Source of the DNA: Octopus vulgaris
Taxonomy: Eukaryota
NCBI GenBank assembly: GCA_951406725.2
Contig: OX597830.1
Span: 44,144,001 to 44,208,000 of the forward strand
Length of the DNA: 64,000 nucleotides
Direction: 5' to 3'
Shown here one piece after another: positions 40,347 through 52,536 of this stretch; the stretch's first letter is position 1, and every line of letters starts with the position of its first letter. Under the pieces are notes generated by a model. It made no database searches. It was not told the DNA's origin and saw only the letters and a program-made list of their open reading frames with translations. A program made the translations under genes and the position numbers.

Positions 40347-41037
40347 TTGATGTGTGTTTTCCATGATGGCATGGGTTGGATAGTTTGACTGAAAAACTGG
40401 TAAGCTGGCGAGCTGCACCAGGTTCCAATCTGATTTGGCATGGTTTCTACAGCTGTATGCCCTGGGAATCCAGCAGGAAAGTGTAATGATGGTTAACTCT
40501 TAGAGGATTCTATGGAGAAGGTGCCTGAGGATTCTACCTCCAAGACACTTCCAGGAATAGTGGGTAATGAAAATGGATGGGTGAGTTTTATTTAAAATGA
40601 AATATTAAAAGCTGGTACGAGAGTGCTGCTGAGTTATCAGTGACTAAAAGTCTGGTGTCTCTTTCCATCAAAACATAATTGCGTGTGGAATACTTAAATT
40701 TTCTGCAACCATTATTTACATTTTGACTCTCCAGCCTTCATGATGCATATTTGTTTATTCATTAGTAACATGGGAAGGCCCATGGGTCAGTGGTTAGAGT
40801 GTCTGGGTCAGCTTCATGAGGTTGTGAATTTGCTTCCTGGACTGGGCTGTGTTTTGTGTTCTTGAGCAAGACACTCTATTTCGCTCAGTTGTAGAAAGGA
40901 GTCGTGATGTCACTGTTGCCAAGTGGCTTCTACTATAACCCCAGGCTGACCAAAGCCTTGTGGGTGGATTTGGTAGATCGAAATTGGAAGAAGCTTGTTG
41001 TATATGTGTGTGTGTATGTGCGTGCGTGTGTGTTTAT

Positions 41038-41203
41038 CAGTGGTTCCCAACCTGTGTCAACAGACCTCTGGTGGTCCACAAAAGTAGTACTGGGGGATGG
41101 GTCTATAAACATGTTACACTGACAGATATTTCAATATCCTGAGGCCTGTGGGAAAACTCATTGAAATAAAAGGGCCCTTGGTAGTGAACAGGTTGGGACA
41201 CTG
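41038..41203. mobile_element. hAT-Charlie-type MITE
   Basis: CAGTGGTTCCCAACCTGT ... ACAGGTTGGGACACTG termini; related to 47396-47992; sits inside a SINE. Confidence 0.65.
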
Positions 41204-42633
41204 GGGTGTCTGTATGTATGTATGTGTGTGGGTGTTTGTGTCTCCTTGCCTTGGCGTCATGTGAGAATGGTAAATGAATGTCATTCAATTCCAATCTTCT
41301 GCAAAAGCATGTCTGCCCAGGAGGAAATATTAACTTGCTTGGAAACGGATGAGGATTGGTGACAGGAAGGGCATCTGGCTGTAGAAAAACCACCTCAAAG
41401 TCCATCTGACCTTGGATGTTAAAATGATGATGTTGATGTGTTACGAAGGATTATTTCTCTTTTACTTGTTTTGGTCATTAGACTGTGGCCATGCTGGGGT
41501 ACTGTTTTGAATTTTTTTGTCGAATGAATTGACCTCAGTTCTTATTTTTTAATCCTGGTGCTTATACTATCGGTCCTTTTGCCAAAGTGCTAAGTTACAG
41601 GGACGTAAACACACCAACACCAGCTGTCAAGCGATAATGGACGGACACACACACACACACACATGAGCTTCTTTCAGTTTCTGTCTACCAAATCCACTCA
41701 CAAGGCTTTTGTCAGCCCGAGGCTACAGCAGAAGACACTTGCCCAAGGTGGCACACAGTAGGACTGAACTCAGAACCATGTGGTTGTAAAGCAAGCGTCT
41801 TACCACACAGCCATTCCTTTGCCTTTCATTCTTTTGGGTTCGATAAATTAAATACCAACTGAGTACTTGGGTCGATCTAAGTGACCCACCCCTTCATCCC
41901 AAATTTCAGGCTTTGTGCCTATGGTAGGAAAGATTATTCTTGGACTTTTACAGTAGATTCTGAATAGGAAAAAGAATAAAAAAACACTTCTATGGTTACT
42001 CTTTAACTTATTTTAGTCATAGGACTGTGGCCATACTGGGGCACCACCTTGAATGGTTTTTGTTGATGGAATTGATTCGCAGTTCTTATTTTTAAGTCTG
42101 GTATATATTTTCATGGTCTTTTTTTGCTAAACTGCTTAGCTCCAGGGATGTAATCAAACCAACATCAGTTGTGAAGTAGCGGTGGGGACAAACACAAAGA
42201 CAGACAGATACAAACACATGTACATAATACAGGCACACTCAAGCACAATTGCACTCATTCATACACTGTGGGATTCCACACAGTTTCCATCTACTAAATT
42301 CACTGACAAGGCATTGGTTGGTTCAAAGCTAAAGTAGAATACACTCAGGGTACTGCAAAGTGGTATTAAACCTGAAGACACATGTTTGTGAAGCAAGCTT
42401 CTTAACCACACAGCCATGCCTGTGCCTACATGTTAAAGGGGGAAAATAAAAAGAAAAGAAAAATTTAGTCAGAAATGAAAATAAGATAGATGCAAGCGTG
42501 GCTTTATGGTTAGAAGTTTGCTTCCCAATCACATGGTTCTGGGTTCAAACCTACTGCATGGCTCATTGGAGTCACCAAAGATTTGTGAGTAGATTTGGCA
42601 GATGGAAACTGAAGGAAGCCTGTCATTTACTTA

Positions 42634-42674
<41 letters not shown>

Positions 42675-43141
42675 ATGTGTGTGTGTCTGTGTTTGTGCCT
42701 TACCACTGCTTGACAACTGTTATTGGTATATTTATGTCCCTACGACTTACAAATTCTGTTGAATAACAAACAAAAAGCAAAGGTCAAGAAAAAATAATGC
42801 AAAATTAAATTATTATTATTATTATTATTATTATCATCATCAACATCTAAGGTGGTGAGGTGACAAAATTGTTAGCACACTGGGCAAAATACTTAGCGGT
42901 ATTTTGCCAGTTGCTTCGTTCTGAGTTCAAATTCTGCTGAGGTCGACTTTACCTTTCATCCTTTTGGGGTCCATAAAATAAGTACCAGTTGACCACTGGG
43001 GTCAATGTAATTGACTCATCTCCTCCTTCCAAAATTTGATGCCTTTTTGGTAAAATTTGAAACCATTATTATTATTATTATTGATGATAATCAATCTCAA
43101 AATATATTGCATTTAATAACGAAGAGTTTCTTTTCTTTCAG

Positions 43142-43259
43142 AATCCACCCCACATCATCTACATGGCTGCACCCATTTTGGTGACAATATTCAAGATGAG
43201 TGGTTTGTGGTTTACCTGTTGTGTCAGTTGACACAACATTTCTCAGGTCTTGTTGCTAA
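43142..43259 (+). CDS. ECD: Ecdysoneless homolog, second coding exon (not in ORF track)
   Basis: Acceptor TTTCTTTTCTTTCAG|, donor AA|GTAAGT; 118 nt, phase 1 to 2; joins exon 1 in frame to give ESTPHHLHGCTHFGDNIQDEWFVVYLLCQLTQHFSGLVAK (FGDNIxDEWF hallmark). Confidence 0.95.
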
Positions 43260-43289
43260 GTAAGTACTATTGACTTTTTTCATTGTCTA

Positions 43290-43735
43290 GTGGCTGTGGT
43301 AGAAGAGGTAGTATGGCGGACCCGTTTGAAAGGGCTAAAGACAAACACTTTCCACTTTGGCCAAACCCTCATCAACTTTTTCAAGTTTCACTTGAAAAGG
43401 AAATGGAGGGTGGAGAGGGAAGTGTTGTCTTGTAGCAAATTTGTTAAAAGGTGGGTGAATGTTAGAAAAATGGCCTATGTGAAAGGACTTGTGAGATGGC
43501 CAATGTGAGCATGCACCTGTGAGCTTGCCCTGTTGATCAGGCACCCATGGCTTTTGTGAATTTTTCCACAAGAACCTTAAAGTGCCTCCCCTATTGGGGG
43601 TATTCTTTTGTTCAATTTTGTTTTTTATATTTTTTACACACTCTAAAACCCATTGTATTGTCCTGTTGTTGCATGTCCTTTAATGTTTTTGTATAAGAGC
43701 CCTTGTGGCAAATAAAAGAATAAATTATTATTTTT
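43290..43735 (+). mobile_element. Non-LTR retrotransposon 3' end, possibly L1/Tx1 clade
   Basis: ORF remnant VVWRTRLKG...FFKFHLKRKWRVEREVL...FVKRWV, then a T-rich 3' UTR, AATAAA and a TTA-type tail. Confidence 0.45.
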
Positions 43736-44859
43736 ATTATTTAAATGTCGCACAGTATAGAATATCCTGAGGTTGTTGATTGAAGATATTGTGTTGCCCA
43801 GGGGTTTGTACTGTTTGTCAAGTCACAGCAAGGACCTCAGACAGACAGTACTTTACGCAATATACATCCATTTCCAAGTAATGCTGACTTTTGCAATACA
43901 TTTAGATTGTAGTGTATTTCTAAGGTTTTCAGATGTTTTTGCAGATTGGGTCGTATTGAACCCAATGCTCTGATGACAATTGGGATAACCCTTTTGACTC
44001 TTGTAGCTGCCACTTCTTAGCGATCTCATTTCTCTGGTCTCCATATTTATCAACCTTATCTCTTTCTTTCATGATGATATGTTGGTCTCCTGGCACTGCC
44101 ACGTCAACTATTAGGCACTCTTGTTTGTCCTGCAGTGAGCTGGCAGAATCGTTAGCACACCAGGTGAAATGCTTAGTGGCATTTCATCTGCCGCTATGTT
44201 CCAAGTAAAATTCCACTGAGGTTTTGCCTTGCATCCTTTCAGAGTTGATAAAATTAGTACCAGTGATGCAATTGACTTAATCCCTTCTCCCAAATTTGAG
44301 GCCTTGAGCTTTCAGTAGAAAGGATTATTATTATTATTATTATTATTATTCTGTTATTATAATTATACACTCTGTTAAGTGGTTGGTGTTAGGAAGGATA
44401 TCTAGCCATGGGAAACCATGCCAAAACAGACTATGAGACCTGGTGCTGCTTCTGTCTTTGCCAGTTCCTGGCCCTGCTTATTTTACCAATTATTGTTTCA
44501 ATGGAAAGTGGCAGAACTGTAAAAGATATATGCCTTAAAGACTGTTTTTACAAGAAAACATTAAGTCAATATTAAGTCCTGTAGCTGGACAAAGAAATGA
44601 TGGCTTTCTTACCCATTTATAAAATTCTTCAACCATGTGCCATTATGGGGCTATTCTGCAGTTGTTGTTTGCTATCAGGTCAGCCATACTGATCAGATGG
44701 GTCAATGCTCAAAAGCATTCCAGCCATGACCATCTTGGCCCATCCTTCCTTTGAGTATTCATAGCTAAGACTATATTACTTTGGCTGTTCCTTCCTTTCT
44801 TATAACAGTAGAGTATAACCTGAGGGATATTTGGCTGTTGTTTTTTAAAAGGTTTAATA

Positions 44860-46071
44860 AAAAATAATAATGTATTCACCCTTTTGTTTATGACTTCTTT
44901 CCAACGTTCAACAAGATTTTCAATACCTCGTTGGTAGAAATCACCCGATTTCGACTCAAAAAATTGATCCAACCAAGCTCTCAATTCTGCATCAGTATTG
45001 AACGAAACTCCATGCATAGCATTTGAAAGAGATCGAAAGACGTGGAAATCCGTTGGTACCAAATCAGAAGAGTATAGTGGGTGTGGCGGCACTTTCCACC
45101 CATGTGTTTGAATGGCTTCCTTGGTCATATTGGCGATATGAGGGCAAGTGTTATTGTGCAGCAGAAGAACTCCATGCTGCCGATTAGGTCTTTTCTCTTG
45201 AATAGCTGCTTTGAGTTGTTCCATCTGTTGAACATAGTTCCGTGTTGACTGTTTGGTTCCGTTCAAGCAATTCATAATGGATAATCCCTTCCCAGTCCCA
45301 CCATACACACAACATCGTTTTATGCAGATGAAGATCTTGTTTCACATGCGGTGTCGCTTGTTTATTGGGGCTAAACCATTCCTTACGCTGCTTCATATTG
45401 ATGTACAGGTACCATTTTTCGTCACCAGTAACAATTCAGTAAAGAAATTGTTGCTTGTGTCCATGAGTTGAGCGGTGACAAGCAAGCAACCAAGCGTAGA
45501 TTGTGGCTCGTTGATTTTTGTTGTTGTCATTTAAAGCATGCAGAACTCATGCTCCATATTTCTGAACCTTTCCCATCAAGTAAAGATGCTTCTCTATAGC
45601 AGTGTGGGAGCATTCTGTTTTCTCTGTCAGTTCCCTTGTCATTTGACAAGAATTTTCATGCAAAAGTTGGTTTAATCGCTTTTCATCAAACTCTATTGGA
45701 TGACTAGAATGAGATGCGTCTTTGAGGTCAAAATTTCCATTTTTGAACTTGGCATACCAATCACAAGTGGCTCTTTCAGCTATGGCACCTTCTCCATTCA
45801 CAGCACAAATGTTGCGAACAACTTTTGTGGCCTTGGAACCTTGATTAAAAGCCAAAAGAAGGAGGTGTCGAAAATGCTCATTTTTCTAAACTTGACACTC
45901 CATTTTAATGACCTGAAAATAAACAAAAATTAACTAGAAGAAAAAAAGAAACAAAATAGATTCCAAAATGATTCAAAAATAGAATTCTCAAAAAAAAATA
46001 GATGCCAAAATTTAAAAATGCAATAAATTCCCAAATTTAAAAAGATGGCTGGAACTTAGTTGCCAACCCAA
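44860..46071 (-). mobile_element. Mariner (DD34D) transposon with pseudogenised transposase; one TIR retained
   Basis: TIR TA-TTGGGTTGGCAACTAAGTTCC at the 46071 end; ATG at 45903; HTH segment (WYAKFKNGNFDLKD), VTGDEKW, MLCVWWD, LLHNNTCPH, HPLYSSDLVPTDFHVF spread over frameshifted ORFs with stops. Confidence 0.93.
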
Positions 46072-47395
46072 TATATATATTGATGTGTGTATGTGCATGC
46101 ATGTGTGTGCGTGTTTATGTTCGACCCCCACTGCTTGACAAGTGGTGGTGGTGTGTTTATATCCCGTTTGAGACAAGAAACTGACTATAAGTACCAGGCT
46201 TTAAAAAAAGGAAAAGAAAAAATTTAAGAACTGGGGTTGATTCGTTTGACTAAAATCCTTCAGAGCAGTGCTCCAGCATGGCCACAATCTAATGACTGAA
46301 ACAAATGAATGATTAAATAATTAGTCATACTTTTGTGTACTTATGTGTTTAGGACGCTTTCTCAAGTCTCCATTCCAAGACGTGTCGTACCATATTCATT
46401 CATGAATAATAAATATGCATTCATGTATAATGCATACTCTTAATTAGGGGCATTGAAATCCTGGGGGAAAAAGTCTTGCGTATAATCCACATTGACTTTC
46501 CTTTAGCATTATGATGTATGGAAAAACGAAAATAGTGTTTAATCAGAGCTATTGTAATTGCTGTATAAAAATTGATTGCAAAAGTTCACATCTGGAATGA
46601 AACAAAAGGTAAATTCTTTTGAAGTCTCTTGGTGTGGCTGTGAAAGTGCAACTCAGCATTTCAAAATCATATGATCATCGTTTTTATTTATTTATTTTTT
46701 TTTTTCAACTGTGGTTAGTGTGGTAAGAAGTTTGCTTCTCAACCACCTGGTTCTGGGTTCAGTCCCACTGTACGACACCTTGGGCAAGTGTCTTTTACTA
46801 TAGCTCCAGGCCGATATAAGCCTTATTGATGGTATCTGGGAGGTGGAAACTGAAAGAACCCCATTTTGTGTGTGTGTATGTGTGTGCATGTATACATTTG
46901 TATGTGTGTTAGTGTGTGTGTTTGTTCCCCATCACTACTTGTCAACCAGTGTTAGTTTATTTACCTCGCTGTAGTTCTGAAGTTCAGCTTTAGTGACTGA
47001 TAGAATAAGTATGAAGCTTAAAAGGAAAAAGCACTGGAGTCAGTTTGTTCAACAGAATCCATTCTGACTGGTGCTCCAGCATGGTCATAGTCCAGTGACT
47101 GAAACTAGTAAAGGACAAAAGATTATACAGGAATAAATATGGTAGACCAGAGCAATCGACAATATTTCTAACCTTCTCTCTCTCACTCTTAATCTGTGAC
47201 TCATTCTTAATCACTGCTGGCCTAATACTCATTTAGGTCAACAGCACAGTTGCCCACTCTTACACCTTGTTCACTCATATGATCAGAAATTGCTGTCTTA
47301 TAGTTATAACTTCTCTCAGTGACAAGTTTAATCTGCAGTCAGGATCCTAACAAGCTCACATACAACTAATGCTCAACTTCAGAAATGAACTACAC

Positions 47396-47992
47396 CAGTA
47401 GTTTCCAACCTGTGGTCCGTGGCCCCCTAGTGGTCTGCAAAGATAGTACTGGGGGTCTGACAACTAAATTTAAAATTTCATATATATACATATATATATA
47501 TATAGGCACAGGAGTGGTTGTGTGGTAAGTAGCTTGCTTACCAATCACATGGTTCTGGGTTCAGTCCCACTCCGTGGCATCTTGGGCAAGTGTCTTCTAC
47601 TATAGCCTCAAGCTGACCAAAGCCTTGTGAGTGGATTTGGTAGATGGAAACTGAAAGAAGCCCGTCGCATATGTATATATGCGTGTGTGAATGTTTTTGT
47701 ATTTGTGTTTGTCTCCATCCACTATCACTTGACAACCGATGTTGGTGTGTTTACGCCCCTGTAACTTAGCGGTTCGGCAAAGAGAAACCGATAAAATGAG
47801 TACTAAGCTTACAAAGAATAAGTCCTGGGGTCGATTTGTTTGACTAAAAGCAGTGCTCCAGCATGGCCACAGTCAAATGACTGAAACAAATAAAAGAATA
47901 AATATATATAAGGATAAACATATTAAAAGAGGTTCGTGGGAAAACTCATTTAAATAAATGGGTCCTTCGTAGTAAAAAGGTTGGGACCACTG
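47396..47992. mobile_element. hAT-Charlie-type MITE carrying a nested SINE-A
   Basis: TIRs CAGTAGTTTCCAACC / GGTTGGGACCACTG; 8-bp TSD AACTACAC / AACTACCC; SINE-A at 47505-47900 inside. Confidence 0.8.
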
Positions 47993-49728
47993 AACTACCC
48001 CATTGATTCACTTCATCTGCATAAAGTTAAAATTCTTTAACTTTAAGCATTTAAATTACATGCTTAAAAGACTTAACTGTTTCTAATAAACCAATCCTAA
48101 TATGGTGATTTAGTGGAGGTACATGGCCTAGTGGTTAGAGCAGTGGATTCGTGGTCGAGGTATCGCAGGTTTAAATCTCAGACCAGGTGATGTTGTGTTT
48201 ATGAGCGAAACACCTAAGCTCCATGTGGCTCTGGCAGAAGGTAATGGCGAACTTCTGCTGACTCTTTTGCCACAACTTTCTCTCTGTGCCTAGAGTAGAA
48301 AATAATATTACTGCTGCTGCTGCTAACGTGGCAAACTATCAGAATCATTACTGTGCCAGATAACAATGGTTAGCAGCATTTCTTTCAATTTTGCATTCTG
48401 AGTTCAAATGCTGCTCAGGTCGACTTTGCTTTTCATCCGTTAAGGGTCTATAAAATAAGTACTGGGGTTCACTTAATTGACTTACTCCCTTCCCCGAAAT
48501 TGCTGGCCTTGTGCCAAAATTGAAACCATTATTATTATTATTATTATTGCTGGGGTTGACTTTGCTTTTCATAGTTTTGGTGTCAATAAAATAAGTACCA
48601 GTTGATCAGTAGGGATGATATAATAAGCTTAAACCCTACCCTGAAATTGCTGGCCTTGTGCCAAAATTTGAAACCAAACCAATATTACTTCTGTTGCTAA
48701 GATGGAAAGCTGACAGAATCAATACTGCATTTGGAAAAATGCTTAATGGCATTTCTTTTGAATTTACATTCTGAATTCAAACACCACTGCAATACATGCG
48801 GGCATGGCTGTGTGATAAGAAGCTTGCTTCCCAACCACATGGTTCTATGTTCAGTCCAATTGCATGGTACCTTGGGCAAGTGTCTTCTACTGTAGCCTCA
48901 GGCCAACCAAAGCCTTGTGAGTGGATTTGGTTGATGGAAACTGAAAGAAGCCTGTCATATATATATATATGTATATGTGTCTGTTTGTTCCCCCACCATC
49001 ACTTGACAACTGATGTTGGTGTGTTTACTTCCCTGTAACTTAGTGTTTCGACAAAAGAGACCAATAGAATAAGTACCAGGCTTACCAAGAATAAGTCCTG
49101 GGGTCGATGACTTTGACTAAAGGTGGTGCTCCAGCATGGCCGCAGTCAAATGACTGAAACTAAATAAAGCACCATCCGTATGTGGTCGATGCTAGGTCCA
49201 CCTGACTGGCTCCTGTGCCAGAGCATGTACAAAGCACCAACCAATCGTGACCAATACCAGTACCTCCTGACTAGCTCCTGTGCTGGTGGCATGTAAAAAG
49301 CACCCACTACACTCTTGGAATGGTTGGTGTTAGGAATGGCATCCAACTGTAAAAACTTTGCCTGGTGCAGCTACTGGCTCTCCAGACCTCACTCAAACCG
49401 TCCAACCCATGCCAGCATAGAAAACAGACATTAATCGATGATGATATATATATATATCTTGAAATTCATATCTCATGACTTGCTTGCTGCACAAATTTTC
49501 TTGAACTCTGGCAAAGTTTCTAATACCCTTTCTTGCTTTGTGGGGTCCATTGATGCCTGCAGTTTTTTAGAATATTTCTTGTGGTTGTTCTGAATAGTTC
49601 CATCATCTTCAAACCAAATGATGCTAAGTCATGTCGATGGATCTGTTTGAACCACCCTCCTCCAAACTGTCTTTGTACTTCAACTGCATTTTCAACTTTC
49701 CAGTCGAACATTAGAATATATTTTCCTA

Positions 49729-50131
49729 CATTATTTACAATGGATAGATAGGTGTCCTCACATTGTTTATTGTTACCACAATGTTTCGTCTTATGTACTC
49801 TGGAATTTTGAACCCAACCCTTTATTTGGCTAATGGGGTACTCTGTTCTCACTCCTAAAGTATTTTTAACTGATTTTAGTATTACTATTTAGTCAAGTCA
49901 CTTCCTGGGATTGAACCCGGAATCTTGGGGTTAGTAGCCCATGCTCTTAACCACTATGCTATATGCCCGTGGGCATAAATAAATAATAAAGGGTTGGGTT
50001 TGAAATTGTACCTGATGAAGGCTGGAGAGTACATCAGTTGAAACGTTGTGGTAACAACGAACAAAGTGGGGGACACCTATCCGTCCATTGTAAATAATGT
50101 GCATAGTTCCTCATCTCTAAAATATAGAACA
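49729..50131. mobile_element. Composite non-autonomous insertion: inverted terminal segment, tRNA-like head and hammerhead-like motif
   Basis: 11-bp direct repeat ATATTTTCCTA at 49718-49728 and 50132-50142; 49729-49825 is an inverted partial copy of 49985-50100; CTGATGA-A-stem-GAAACGTT at 50012-50047. Confidence 0.65.
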
Positions 50132-50188
50132 ATATTTTCCTATGTTCAAATCTGTATTTGGCTTCCTTTGTTATTTTTAATGGGTTAA

Positions 50189-50403
50189 CCCCTTCGGCAT
50201 TCAGATTATTCTGTCACATGCAATACTTATATACTTACATTGTTTTGAATTAATCAGGGCTTATCTCATAGCTTTGCGATTTCAATGACGTGATTGTTTA
50301 TTTTTAGAATGACATTGTAGGGCAGATGTGAGAGGCTGGATCTTGTTAGTTTGAACATGAAACATGTACAATACTTGGCTTGGCAGGTTTAAATGCTAAA
50401 GGG
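50189..50403. mobile_element. piggyBac-type MITE family 1 (other copies ~23440-23765, ~40085-40275)
   Basis: TTAA-CCCCTTCGGCATT ... AATGCTAAAGGG-TTAA. Confidence 0.75.
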
Positions 50404-50754
50404 TTAAATCTAAAAAGAAATAAAAATTGAGGTCTCAGCAGTAAGTGTATGTACATTTTTTGTGGTGGAGGATGGCGGGGCACCCAGTCTGTATATTATA
50501 TTTCAGTATGAATGTAAATAATATTGTTGTATGAATGTATGTTTTATGTTGATACGAGCATATATTACTTTCTGGGGTGTGACTGCATTATGTTGTATGT
50601 CAGGTGAACATTATGTTGTGTGGTAACAGAATACCTTAAATGGTTTGACAGATATTTGTAACGCTCTTTAATGTGAGTACATCACGTGCCCTACATTCTC
50701 AGCAAAAGCTATGCTCTTCCAACTGTTCAAATTTTTTTTTTTATAATACTAGTA

Positions 50755-51138
50755 CAGTACTACCTTGCACTACAAGTTAAATTCATTCCATGACCAAGCT
50801 TGTCTTATGATTTACATGTTTTATAAATCAATTTTCCCCCGTTGCAATCAGCTATAATATAAATAATCTGTTGCAGCTCCCCAAAACCACTCAAAAATGA
50901 TATTTTCTGGGTTTTAAAACAGAAAAGGTGCTGTTACAAGTAAAATGACAATTATAAAAAAAGAGAATGCAAAAGAAATATTATTAACTGAATTACCTGA
51001 ATTACCTGAAAGATGGGATGATTTGTGTGCATGTACTGCAGATTTCTGCCCGTACTTCAAAACAAAAATTGGCACGAGTTTTGGCTCGCACAGCAAATTC
51101 CTCGTACAATGAGGCACTTGTATTGCGAGGTCCTACTG
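50755..51138. mobile_element. Tigger/pogo-type MITE
   Basis: TA flanks; 23-bp imperfect TIRs CAGTACTACCTTGCACTACAAGT / ACTTGTATTGCGAGGTCCTACTG. Confidence 0.75.
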
Positions 51139-51725
51139 TATTAGCCTACCAACAAAATTTCACCAGACATACAGACAACATAATAAATAAAGTTTAAAAT
51201 GAAGACATTATTCTCCCCAAACACAATAATATATAACAGGCTTCCGTATAGTTTCCATTAATCAAATTCATTTGCAAGGCTGTAGTAGAAGACACTTTCC
51301 CCAGGTGCCATTCAGGAGTTTGAACCTGAAGTCACTTGGTTGCAAAGTGAGCTTCCTAACCACACAACCATGCTTGTAACTGACTGACAACAACAACAAT
51401 GACAACAAAACTAATTTCTTAAGCTAAAAAGAAAAGAAAAAGAAGAAAAACCACTTCTTCAACCATGGTTCCTTAAAGCTGCTGTTCTGTATTTGTCTTG
51501 GAAGATTGCAGACTACAGTGTTTCTAAGGATTCTGTCTTGTGGAATTGTGTGAAGAAGTGAGATATTAATAACAAGATTGAGTCTGAGAAGATCAATAAC
51601 TGCATTGAAAATTGACACGAAGGTGCGAAAATTATAAGTAAAATTGAACTAAAGTGCAATCAATATGGCAGTCAGAAGCTGTAATATTCTGTATAAGATG
51701 GATATATAACCTAGATAGATAGGCA

Positions 51726-51798
51726 GCTGAAGTTGCTCAGTTTGGAGAGTGTTAGACTGAAGAGCTAAAGGTTCCTGGTTCAGTTCCAGGTTTTGACA
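51726..51798 (+). pseudogene. tRNA-Phe(GAA) pseudogene
   Basis: 73 nt colinear with the metazoan tRNA-Phe sequence as recalled; anticodon loop CTGAAGA intact; about 13 substitutions, several CpG-type, damaging the D loop, T loop and acceptor stem; followed by TTTT. Confidence 0.85.
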
Positions 51799-51964
51799 GT
51801 TTTACAATTTATTCTTTATAGGCGTAGGCATTGTTGCGTGGTAAGAAGTTTACTTCACAGACACATAGACAAGTGTTTTTTACTGTAGCCCCAGACTAAC
51901 CAAAGCCTTGTGAGTGGATTTGGCAGTCAGAAACTTAAAAAATGCTCATCATGTCTGTCTATTT

Positions 51965-52046
<82 letters not shown>

Positions 52047-52069
52047 ACCACATGTGGATCTCCACATAT

Positions 52070-52279
52070 ATATTTCAAAATGTTACCACGTATGGATCGT
52101 TAAGATTTTTTTTTTACTCCGTCATCCTTTTTTCTTGAACTTTCCTCTGTCTGTTGTTCCTGAAGACGAGCTTTGCTTGAAACATACAACCACCTTTCTT
52201 TCCTGTCCTGAACGTCTGCTAATACTTTGCATGTCCATGCGTTGTTGCTTTTTTTTTTTTTTTTTTTGGTGGAGGGGAT

Positions 52280-52319
<40 letters not shown>

Positions 52320-52498
52320 TCGTTAGCCACTACACACATTTTTTTTCTCTCCTTGTTTTTTCTGTGTCCCTTTCTGTAGAAGAGTGTAGGCTCGAAACGT
52401 AAAAGACTTTTTCTATTCCTAAGCGTTATACTAATACATCTGTTTGTTTTGTACACCACCTGTCGTCTTTTGTTTTTTTCGTAAACTCTCCCTATATT

Positions 52499-52500
<2 letters not shown>
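52070..52500 (+). mobile_element. Two short (TA)n-embedded elements, each with a minimal hammerhead-like motif (Penelope-like tails)
   Basis: CTGAAGA-C-GAGC-TTT-GCTT-GAAA at 52160-52182; CTTT-CTGTAGA-A-GAGT-GTAG-GCTC-GAAA-CG-TA-AAAG at 52370-52405. Confidence 0.55.

Positions 52501-52536
<36 letters not shown>

Larger units (their letters stand above)
49500..50495 (-). mobile_element. Tc1/mariner-like fossil (DUF4817-type HTH N-terminus) interrupted by later insertions
   Basis: Minus-strand EAKYRFEHRK (50165-50135) continues as YILMFDWKVENAVEVQRQF...FEDDGTIQ (49720-49590); decayed TIR-like GGGTGCCCC near 50480. Confidence 0.55.

Noticed and set aside
44709-45903. Functional transposase or SETMAR-like gene
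   Set aside because: In-frame stop near the start, frameshifts, second catalytic Asp changed (HNN), one TIR missing, no SET domain.
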